Source: Nitrospiria bacterium
Lineage (GTDB): Bacteria > Nitrospirota > RBG-16-64-22
DNA: 64,000 nucleotides
Assembly: GCA_919903025.1 (NCBI GenBank)
Contig: CAKKSE010000024.1
Coordinates: forward strand, 3,175-67,174
Direction of reading: 5' to 3'
The position numbers and the translations under genes were made by a program. Below the pieces are notes generated by a model that worked only from the letters and a program-made list of their open reading frames with translations, was not told the origin of the DNA and did no database searches. This document shows, one piece after another, positions 57,224 through 64,000 of this stretch (position 1 is its first letter; each line of letters opens with the position of its first letter).

Positions 57224-57906
57224 CAATCGACGAACCGGTGCTTGACGAGCGTCCAAAGGGCCGGGAACCCGTCCTTCCACGAGATCTTTTTCCCCTCGTG
57301 CTTCTCGCGCCCCGCGTACGAGATCGGCACTTCGTAGATGCGAACGCCCCGCTTCAGGACCTTGGCCGTCAGTTCCGGCTCGATCGTAAAGCGGTCGGAG
57401 ACAAGCCGGATGGACTTGAGGAGGGGTGTGGGGAACAGCTTGTAACCGGTCTCCATGTCCGAGAGCGTCGTGTTGTACAGCGCATTCGTGACGAAGCTCA
57501 GAAACTTGTTTCCGACCCAGTTCAGGAAAAACATGTTCCGGTGCTCGCCGGTGAAGCGCGACCCGTAGACCACCTCCGCCTTTCCCTTGAGGACCGGCGC
57601 CAAGAGCTTGCGGATGTCCTCCGGATCGTATTCGAGATCCGCGTCCTGGATCACGAGATAGTCCCCCCTCGCTTCTTCGATCCCCCTCCGGACCGCGGCC
57701 CCTTTTCCCCGGTTCTCCGGCAGAAGGAACACTCTCGCCAACTCGGGAGGCAATCCCGACAGGACATCCCTCGTTCCATCCGTCGAGCCGTCGTCCACGA
57801 CGACAATCTCCTTCTCCACGCCGAGATCAACCTCCCGCACCCGGTCGATCACGATCCGGATCGTCCCTGCCTCGTTGTAAACGGGAATCAAGACGGTCAG
57901 ATTCAC
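57223..57906 (-). CDS. GT2-family polyprenyl-phosphate sugar synthase-like glycosyltransferase (DPM1-like, soluble)
   Basis: GTG 57906 (GGAGG-N7-GTG) overlaps the upstream TGA. LTVLIPVYNEAGTI; IVVVDDGSTDGT; LVIQDADLEYDP. Confidence 0.8.
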   Translation of the reverse strand: MNLTVLIPVYNEAGTIRIVIDRVREVDLGVEKEIVVVDDGSTDGTRDVLSGLPPELARVFLLPENRGKGAAVRRGIEEARGDYLVIQDADLEYDPEDIRKLLAPVLKGKAEVVYGSRFTGEHRNMFFLNWVGNKFLSFVTNALYNTTLSDMETGYKLFPTPLLKSIRLVSDRFTIEPELTAKVLKRGVRIYEVPISYAGREKHEGKKISWKDGFPALWTLVKHRFVD

Positions 57907-58976
57907 TCTGAAACCTCCGCAAGATGACGACGCAGGCAAACGCGCAGGGCGTCCAGGGAGAATGCGTTCGCCCGTTTCCGGCCCATAAGAACAAGCCTTT
58001 CTCTGAGCGGCCGGTCTCTTATGACCAGATCCAGAAGCTCGGCAATCTCAGGAAACTTCTTCTTTCGGACGAGGACCCCGCCGTCGCCCAATGTCTCCGG
58101 GACCCCGCCGGCCGCGTAGGCCACTACCGGAACGTTGCGCATCATGGCTTCGACGATCGGCACGCAAAATCCCTCGTGCTCGCTCATCCCGACATACACG
58201 TGGGCCCGACGATAGCAGGCCGCGAGCTCCGCATCGGACACATGCCCCAGGAAGAGGACGTTCTGCAAATGAAGGGCCGCCGCCATCTCCCGCAGGGCGA
58301 ATCCGTACGATTCGGTGTCGCACTCCGTCCCCGCGAGGATGAGGCGGCTCAGCGGCCGGACTTTGGCGAAAAAATAATGGATCTTCAAGAGATCTTCGAT
58401 CTTCTTGTTCGGCGCGATCCGCCCCACGTGGAGGACGTTCACGAACCCGTCGTCGAACTGCCTGAGACGCGAGGGATCCGCTCTCCCATCCGCCCGCCCT
58501 CCCTCCACGGCGATGGGGAGAATCCCGGTCTTCTTGAAGCCGGCGCTTTCGAGATCCTTTCGGTTGTACTCCGAGACGCCCAGCGCGAGATCCGCGACCT
58601 CCGCGAGGCGCTCCAGCGCCTCCCGCCCCTCCCGGCATTGCCGGGCCACGCGGCTGTTCACGCCGTCGAAGTATTCCGCGGGCGTAATGTTGTGATAGAC
58701 GAGGACGCGACGCCCGGGAAACGCGGCGAACGCGTCGATCGCCTCGCGACCCAGCGAGAAGTGAAAGAGCAGGACGTCCCTCTCGCCCACCGATCCCGGA
58801 AGATCCCGGATCGGTCTGCAGAGGGACCTCAGCGACTCGTGCGCCGCTCCGGCGAAGACCGTCGAGCCGTATCCGTCCCCCGCCAAGGCCTTCCGGATCG
58901 CGAGCGCATGATTACCGATCGCATCCCCGACGCTGAAGGAGGGAATGAGCTGGTGAATGGAGATCGTTTTCGTCAA
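57903..58976 (-). CDS. GT4-family glycosyltransferase; TTG start fused to the heptamer repeat array
   Basis: TKTISIHQLIPSFSVGDAIGNHALAIRKAL...; C-terminal VYVGMSEHEGFCVPIVEAMMRNVPVVAYAAGGVPE. No ATG/GTG; the TTG at 58976 is the last unit of the 7-bp repeat. Confidence 0.7.
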   Translation of the reverse strand: MTKTISIHQLIPSFSVGDAIGNHALAIRKALAGDGYGSTVFAGAAHESLRSLCRPIRDLPGSVGERDVLLFHFSLGREAIDAFAAFPGRRVLVYHNITPAEYFDGVNSRVARQCREGREALERLAEVADLALGVSEYNRKDLESAGFKKTGILPIAVEGGRADGRADPSRLRQFDDGFVNVLHVGRIAPNKKIEDLLKIHYFFAKVRPLSRLILAGTECDTESYGFALREMAAALHLQNVLFLGHVSDAELAACYRRAHVYVGMSEHEGFCVPIVEAMMRNVPVVAYAAGGVPETLGDGGVLVRKKKFPEIAELLDLVIRDRPLRERLVLMGRKRANAFSLDALRVCLRRHLAEVSE

Positions 58977-59036
58977 TGGTTAATGGTTAATGGTCAATGG
59001 TTATTGGTCAATTGTCAATGGTTGATGGACAAGGGT
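58974..59036. repeat. 7-bp tandem repeat array, about 9 units (plus strand YAATGGT; minus strand ACCATTR)
   Basis: caatggt taatggt taatggt caatggt tattggt caattgt caatggt tgatgga caagggt. It fills the whole spacer between the TGA of the 59036..60280 gene and the TTG of the 57903..58976 gene. AT-rich, in a high-GC context. Confidence 0.85.
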
Positions 59037-60280
59037 CAGTCACTGGCTCGCTGTTGCCGATTGACGAATGACCGATGACGAATGACGATCGGCGGGTAAC
59101 CGGCAAGAAAGGCGTTTGCCCGTTCGATCACGGTGTCCCACGCGTATCGCTCCCTCACGTAGGTTCGGCCCGCCTCGCCCATCGCCGCCGCCCCAGCGGA
59201 GTTCTTCCGCATCCACGACACGGCTTCGATGAACTCTGCCGCGTTCCGCGCCCAGAGGCCGCCGCCGGACCGTTCGCAGTGTTCCAGCGTGACGGGGCAG
59301 TCCGCGTGGACGATCATGGGCCGCCCCTGAAGCCAGCTTTCCATGAGTACGATTGAGAACGACTCCTTCCGGGAGAGCTGGCAGACGGCCAGCGCACCGG
59401 CCACCGCATCCCTCTTGTCCTCCGGATCGAGGAACCCGAGGTCGAGAACGGACCCGGCCGCTTCGGCCGGGAGATGAATCTCTCCGTCTCCCGCCAGAAC
59501 GAGGCGCATCTCTTCCTGTCCGCTCCTCCTCAGCCGGCTGAACCATTCGAGCAGAAGGGGCACGCCCTTCCCGCCCTCCTTGCGCCCGAAGTAGAGGAGG
59601 TAATCCCCGGAGACGCCGAACTTCGTCCGAAAACGGTCCCCGTCACCCGGCGGGTCCCGGTCGAAGCCCATCCCCACAACGGCGCGAGGCCGGTCGCCGA
59701 TCCCGTACAGTAGGTCCGCAAGGCGCGCCTCAGCCTCGGTGTTGAACCAGAACCCGCCGACGCCCTCGAAAAGGAGGCGGAAAACCGGCAGTTTCGCAAA
59801 CGGTTCGTCGTGAAGGCACGGGATGAGGACCGCCTTCGGCCCCGCGACGCGGGCCCCGAAGAATGTCGTCCCGAAGAGGTACGGGAGGAGAAAGACGGCG
59901 TCGAACCGGTCGACCTCGCCCGCCAGGGCGTCGAGCAGGCCATCGCTGTTCACGCTCTCGGCGAGCCAGCGGATCTGCTCGTCGACGGTGGTCCGAATCC
60001 CTTCGACGATCCTGGCCTGGATGGAGTGGAACGCCGCCAGGTTCCGCGGGTTCGTGAGAAAACGGCGGACGAGAACGCCCGATTCCATACTCTCGCCTTG
60101 AGGAAGCGCGTTCTCCCACGTGAAGTGACTCTGGGCGCACGTCGTGAAGACGCACACGTCGGCCCCCTCAGCCGCGAGACGCTCCGCCATCTTGCGGGCC
60201 AGGGTCTCCGCGCCCCCCACGATGTTCGATCCGTACCGGGGAACAACGAACGCAAGGCGAAAATCCGCGAACCGGGTCAC
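59036..60280 (-). CDS. GT4-family glycosyltransferase
   Basis: MTRFADFRLAFVVPRYGSNIVGGAETLARKM...; SIVLMESWLQGRPMIVHAD. The C-terminal tail IVIRHRSFVNRQ is encoded by a 10-bp direct repeat. Confidence 0.75.
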   Translation of the reverse strand: MTRFADFRLAFVVPRYGSNIVGGAETLARKMAERLAAEGADVCVFTTCAQSHFTWENALPQGESMESGVLVRRFLTNPRNLAAFHSIQARIVEGIRTTVDEQIRWLAESVNSDGLLDALAGEVDRFDAVFLLPYLFGTTFFGARVAGPKAVLIPCLHDEPFAKLPVFRLLFEGVGGFWFNTEAEARLADLLYGIGDRPRAVVGMGFDRDPPGDGDRFRTKFGVSGDYLLYFGRKEGGKGVPLLLEWFSRLRRSGQEEMRLVLAGDGEIHLPAEAAGSVLDLGFLDPEDKRDAVAGALAVCQLSRKESFSIVLMESWLQGRPMIVHADCPVTLEHCERSGGGLWARNAAEFIEAVSWMRKNSAGAAAMGEAGRTYVRERYAWDTVIERANAFLAGYPPIVIRHRSFVNRQQRASD

Positions 60281-60768
60281 GCGCCCCCTCCGGAGGCGCC
60301 GCGCGCCCCCTTCCCGATCCGTTCCTTGAGCGCCTCCAGCTCCCTGCGGAGCGTTTCGACCTCGCCGACGAGCCGTTGTTGCGCTGAGACGGAAGCCCGG
60401 TTAAAATCCGTCTGCTTCTCGAAGCTCGGCTGGACATAGAAACGGACGAGGCGGCGCAGAATGCGCTTCCCCAGCGCCGCGAGACTCCCGACAAAGGGAC
60501 GTCCGCCCGACACCGAGGCCGAAGGCCGAACCTCCCAGTTCTGGTAGAGACCGACCATGGAGCCGATCGAACTCTGGCTCTCTCTCCCCATATCGACGTA
60601 GACGACGGGACGCGCGCCCGCCACTCCCTGCTCCTCGTCCTCCGACCACAGACCCTCCTCCCGCCGCCGCTTCACGGCCGCAGCGACCTCCGCCTCGATT
60701 CGGGCGGCATCCGCCGCCGGAAAAGGGAACCGGAACACAGCCTGATCTTCGGGCAAATCGCCGGACAT
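60277..60768 (-). CDS. Hypothetical coiled-coil protein
   Basis: Trimmed to ATG 60768 (GGAGGA-N5-ATG). The C-terminal half is heptad-like (QRLVGEVETLRRELEALKERIG). Confidence 0.5.
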   Translation of the reverse strand: MSGDLPEDQAVFRFPFPAADAARIEAEVAAAVKRRREEGLWSEDEEQGVAGARPVVYVDMGRESQSSIGSMVGLYQNWEVRPSASVSGGRPFVGSLAALGKRILRRLVRFYVQPSFEKQTDFNRASVSAQQRLVGEVETLRRELEALKERIGKGARGASGGGA

Positions 60769-60779
60769 CTTTTCCTCCA

Positions 60780-61907
60780 CTACGCCTTGCGGGCGATCAC
60801 CGCGTAGTCCTGATGACCGTATAGGAGCTCGTTCAGACGCTCTATGTTGTTGTTGACGACGTCGAGGAACGCGTCCGAAAATTTCTCGAGGCGATGGAAC
60901 CGGTCCACGGGCTGGAGCTTCGCCTCGGGCGCGTACGGCGAGGCATAGGCAAGCCGGACCTCGCGGAATCCGGCGGCCTCGCAGAGAAACGCCAACAGAT
61001 GCGGATGGACCGGCTTCGTGTGCGTCGGATCGAGGTAGAATGCCCCCGAAAAAACGGTCAGGCAGAGCGGGTTGACCGTCTCGACGACAAAGACGCCCCC
61101 GGGGCCGAGCGCGCGATGCGCCTCGCGAACGAAGGACGCGAGTGTCGGAAAGGAGAGATGCTCCACGACCTGCGCCGAGAAGACCCCTCCCAGCGAGGCC
61201 GCCCCTTCCTTCTGAAGCGCCTCCATGATGTCCCCCTGTTCCGCCGCGAGCCCCTTCTCGCGGCAACGCGCCGCCATGGCTGGGCTCGCATCGACTCCCT
61301 TGGCTAAAATACCGCGGGCCTTGAGGAGCTCCAGGAACTCTCCCCGGCCGCACCCGGCGTCGAGAACATTGGCAAGCCCCTCGAACAAGGGAACGTACGC
61401 CTCGAGCTTCCGGCGGACATCTTCCTCGCTTCCGCGGAATCGTTCTTCAAACGCAACGTAGAAATCGGCTGAGAGATCCCCTCCGCGGGCCGGCGGAGGC
61501 TGGAGAGCGCGGACAGGAATGCCGGCTTCGGCCGCTCCGAACCCGGCGCTTTTCTCTATCCCCTCGATCCGGCGGGAGAGGCGGTTCGCGGCAGTCTCCG
61601 CCTCGACCCCCTTGACGCCGGCCTCCTCGTACTTGCGGAGCAGTTCCTCCGTGGTCCCCACCAGCTCGCCGAGAAGCCGGACCAGCCGATCGTTGAAGGA
61701 GGTCTGCCGGGAGAGCTGAATCCGCGTGACGGGAAGGAGGGCTCTCTGGAGAGCCTGTTTCGCCCGAACTATCCACGCCCCCGCAGACGGCCGGTGGGAT
61801 GAAATCGGGCCCGGAGCCGCCGCATCGACACCCTCCCGGAGATCTTCCAGAAAAGCCCGGGCCTCCTGAAGACGGCGATAGGTTTCCGGACCTCGTCCGT
61901 CGCTCAT
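60780..61907 (-). CDS. SAM-dependent methyltransferase with N-terminal coiled-coil region
   Basis: ATG 61907 overlaps the upstream TGA (ATGA). N-terminal about 150 aa are helical/coiled. Then VLDAGCGRGEFLELL (motif I) and VFVVETVNP. Confidence 0.7.
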   Translation of the reverse strand: MSDGRGPETYRRLQEARAFLEDLREGVDAAAPGPISSHRPSAGAWIVRAKQALQRALLPVTRIQLSRQTSFNDRLVRLLGELVGTTEELLRKYEEAGVKGVEAETAANRLSRRIEGIEKSAGFGAAEAGIPVRALQPPPARGGDLSADFYVAFEERFRGSEEDVRRKLEAYVPLFEGLANVLDAGCGRGEFLELLKARGILAKGVDASPAMAARCREKGLAAEQGDIMEALQKEGAASLGGVFSAQVVEHLSFPTLASFVREAHRALGPGGVFVVETVNPLCLTVFSGAFYLDPTHTKPVHPHLLAFLCEAAGFREVRLAYASPYAPEAKLQPVDRFHRLEKFSDAFLDVVNNNIERLNELLYGHQDYAVIARKA

Positions 61908-63115
61908 GTCTTTGCCGCCCCTTCGGCCGGACTCGCGCACTCGGAGCTCACGCCCGGCAGGGCCTCATAACGGTCGAGCACCGTCGGCCACGCGAAATTC
62001 CGGCGGACAAAGTCGGAGCCCTGCCGTCCCAGGGCTTTTCGCAGGTCCGCATCCCCCTCCAGCCGCCGGAGGGCGATCTCGAACGTCGGGTAATCGTCGT
62101 ACCAGAGCCCCCCGTCGGACTTCTCGACAAACTCCTTCGTAACGGCACATCGGCCATTGACCAGGACCGGCGTCCCGCAGACCCAGGATTCCATCACCGC
62201 GAGGGAGAACGACTCGTGGACCGACGGCTGGACAAGGACGTCCGCGGCCGCCAGGGCGTCAACGAGGTGCGCGCGGGGGCGAAAGCCCAGATCCCGGACC
62301 CAGGGCCGAAGTGAAGGCGGAACCGGGACCCAGCCGGACCCGATCAGAACGAGGCGCAGGAGCGAATCCGGGAACCGGCCGCGGTAGCGTTCGAAGTACC
62401 GAAGGAGCTCGGGCGTGTTCTTTCCGCTGTCCTTCCGTCCGACGGCCAGCAGGAACGACGGGCCCGGCGCGTAGAGATGATGAAATCGGTCCTTTTCCGG
62501 AGCCAGGTCCGTGTCCACGCCCTCCCCGAGCATGAAAATCTTCTCGTCCGGAACCCGGTGCAGTTCCTGGACAAGCCGCCGTTCCGCGTCCGAGTGGAGA
62601 ATGAGCCCCGCGATTTCGTTGAAGACGGTTGTATACGTCCCCAAGCGGGCGTACCCCTCGTCATGAAGGCAGGGGATCATGAATGTCCGCTCCGGGCGGA
62701 TGCGGGCCGCGGCGACGCTGAGACCGAAGCAGTACGGGATCACGATCGTGATCCCTTCATACGGCTCCTCGGCCAGCGCGGAGCAGAGCTTTCGGCTGTT
62801 CGCCGAATGGGCCAGGAACTGCCGTTCCTCCTCCGGCGTCAGCCTCTCTCCCCGAAGAACCTTCGCGTTGAGATCGTTGAACGCGTCATGGTCGGTCACG
62901 TCGGCCCGAAACCGTCGGACCCTGACGCCGCCCAGATCCTCCGCGCCGTCCTGGTGAAACGAGATGTTCCAGTTGCTGTCGAGCTCCCGGATCGTCGTCG
63001 TCCATACCTCGACCTCGTGGCCCCGGGCCGCGAGCCCCTCCGCGGTCTTCCGGCACTCCCGCTCCGCGCCCCCAGGAATCTCTCCATACCACGGAATGAC
63101 AAAGCGGAACTTCAA
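61904..63115 (-). CDS. GT4-family glycosyltransferase
   Basis: MKFRFVIPWYGEIPGGAERE...; VLVQPSVHESFSLAVMESWVCGTPVLVNGRCAVTKEF. Confidence 0.8.
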   Translation of the reverse strand: MKFRFVIPWYGEIPGGAERECRKTAEGLAARGHEVEVWTTTIRELDSNWNISFHQDGAEDLGGVRVRRFRADVTDHDAFNDLNAKVLRGERLTPEEERQFLAHSANSRKLCSALAEEPYEGITIVIPYCFGLSVAAARIRPERTFMIPCLHDEGYARLGTYTTVFNEIAGLILHSDAERRLVQELHRVPDEKIFMLGEGVDTDLAPEKDRFHHLYAPGPSFLLAVGRKDSGKNTPELLRYFERYRGRFPDSLLRLVLIGSGWVPVPPSLRPWVRDLGFRPRAHLVDALAAADVLVQPSVHESFSLAVMESWVCGTPVLVNGRCAVTKEFVEKSDGGLWYDDYPTFEIALRRLEGDADLRKALGRQGSDFVRRNFAWPTVLDRYEALPGVSSECASPAEGAAKT

Positions 63116-63627
63116 GAAAGGAGTCCCTTCTCCTTCAGCGATCGCTCGATAGCCTCCACCCGCTTGACCAGGTCCGCGTCGCCGAGGTCGGCCAAGCGCT
63201 GTCCGAACTCCACGGCCACGCTCTCGGTATTCGCGGAGCGCCGCCGGAGCTCTTCGACAGCCTGATGCAGTTTGTTGAGAGTCCGGACGACCGCCGCGTT
63301 GTGTTTGTCCGCCTGGTCCGCCAGATAGTTCGTGTGAAACAGGATCGCTCGTCGAATCGCGCGCTTGACGAATCCCGCCGCCCGTTCGCCCGCGCTCCCT
63401 TCGGGGAATGCCTGGGCCCTATCGAGGAGAACCGTTTCGTTGGCCCGCCGCAGGTTCGCCTCCAGGTCGTCGCGCCTCTCCGGATCGTCGGCGTCCGTGT
63501 CGGCGATCTCGAACCATTCCTCGGGATACTCGTTCGCCTGGCGTTTTCGCGCCACTTCCGCCCGGATGTCCTCCATCAGCGCCTGGACGCCCACCCGCGT
63601 GTGGCCGCTCTTGTTGTTCTCAGTCAC
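63112..63627 (-). CDS. Hypothetical coiled-coil protein
   Basis: GTG 63627 after GAGGGGG-N5. 171 aa, charged and helical (MEDIRAEVARKRQANEYPEEWFE...LNKLHQAVEELRRRS). Confidence 0.45.
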   Translation of the reverse strand: MTENNKSGHTRVGVQALMEDIRAEVARKRQANEYPEEWFEIADTDADDPERRDDLEANLRRANETVLLDRAQAFPEGSAGERAAGFVKRAIRRAILFHTNYLADQADKHNAAVVRTLNKLHQAVEELRRRSANTESVAVEFGQRLADLGDADLVKRVEAIERSLKEKGLLS

Positions 63628-63637
63628 AATTGCCCCC

Positions 63638-63997
63638 TCATTGTCCTTTTGACGCGCGCTTCTCCATAAACCGGTGAACATGCTCCACATAGCGGGGGAT
63701 GTCCCGAAGCGCCTCCCCGAGGGCTTCGTAGACTTTCCGCTCGTCCACCTCGTCGTATTCGTGCACGATCCGGTTGCGGAGTCCTGCGGCTCCCGCGATC
63801 GACTTCGCGAAATCCGGCGGGAGAGCCCCGATTCTTCCCAGTTCAACGAAGGATTCATAATAGTCCTTCGGCGGCGGTTGTCCTGTTTCGGTCACGAGAT
63901 GGTAATTGATGTCGATCATCCGCCCGATGATCCGCTCCAGATACCGCTCGACAACAACCTCGTTGATCCGGTCTCCGAGATACTCCTCCAGGGACAT
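63638..63997 (-). CDS. HepT-like HEPN-domain protein (DUF86 family toxin-like)
   Basis: 119 aa; GLRNRIVHEYDEVD matches the HEPN R-X4-6-H motif of the DUF86/HepT family. Its start sits at the window edge. Confidence 0.6.
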   Translation of the reverse strand: MSLEEYLGDRINEVVVERYLERIIGRMIDINYHLVTETGQPPPKDYYESFVELGRIGALPPDFAKSIAGAAGLRNRIVHEYDEVDERKVYEALGEALRDIPRYVEHVHRFMEKRASKGQ

Positions 63998-64000
63998 CCG

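Noticed and set aside
58974-59036. Possible CRISPR array
   Set aside because: The units are only 7 bp and directly tandem with no spacers, and no cas genes are nearby. It is a simple-sequence repeat, not a CRISPR.
58977-59078. Plus-strand reading of the heptamer array (WLMVNGQWLLVNCQWLM...) as part of ORF 57924..59078
   Set aside because: The frame is created by the repeat itself. It sits inside an ORF antisense to a bona fide GT4 gene and has no start context.
59059-59089. 10-bp direct repeat (gacgaatgac x2; minus strand gtcattcgtca) near the 3' end of the GT4 gene 59036..60280
   Set aside because: It lies within coding sequence, encoding ...IRHRSFVNRQ... It is probably an incidental local duplication and was not treated as a regulatory element.
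1-64000. Search for tRNA, rRNA or other structured RNA genes
   Set aside because: Intergenic space is minimal. The few larger gaps (17546-17696, 18342-18684, 38996-39149, 54418-54516) show promoter or terminator features rather than cloverleaf or rRNA-like sequence. None was supported.

Overview
This 64-kb window is high-GC (roughly two-thirds G+C by eye) and is almost entirely one co-directional glycan-assembly and glycosylation supercluster on the minus strand. About 50 genes are packed with overlapping stop/start junctions (ATGA, GTGA, TGATG), which implies translational coupling along very long operons.

Cytoplasmic-face assembly genes:
- a polyprenyl glycosylphosphotransferase (initiating transferase), truncated at the window start
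- three GT9 heptosyltransferase-like genes
- about eight GT4 and five GT2 glycosyltransferases; four of the GT2s look like polyprenyl-phosphate sugar synthases, one paired with a DUF2304 small membrane protein
- a Wzx-type flippase and a flippase-like LPG-synthase-TM-domain protein
- a DegT-family sugar aminotransferase, an SDR epimerase/dehydratase and a hexapeptide acyltransferase
- at least eight SAM-dependent methyltransferases

Unusual components:
- An unusual expansion of eleven GT-C-fold membrane glycosyltransferases. Six are tandem/dispersed paralogs of a PMT-like N-terminal domain fused to a C-terminal discoidin (F5/8 type C) domain. Two are YfhO-like or large GT-C-like. One carries an NBR1-like Ig C-terminus. 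Two carry novel C-terminal beta-domain repeats.
- Three radical-SAM/SPASM enzymes and one B12-binding radical-SAM enzyme embedded among the sugar genes.
- A Cys-rich secreted lipoprotein next to a terminator/attenuator hairpin.
- A spacer between two GT4 genes built entirely of a 7-bp AT-rich tandem repeat.
- Two small plus-strand genes (a lipoprotein and a hypothetical) sitting in AT-richer divergent promoter islets.
- A HepT-like HEPN toxin gene at the far edge.

No rRNA, tRNA or CRISPR was recognised. The long plus-strand ORFs antisense to these genes are judged to be high-GC artefacts.
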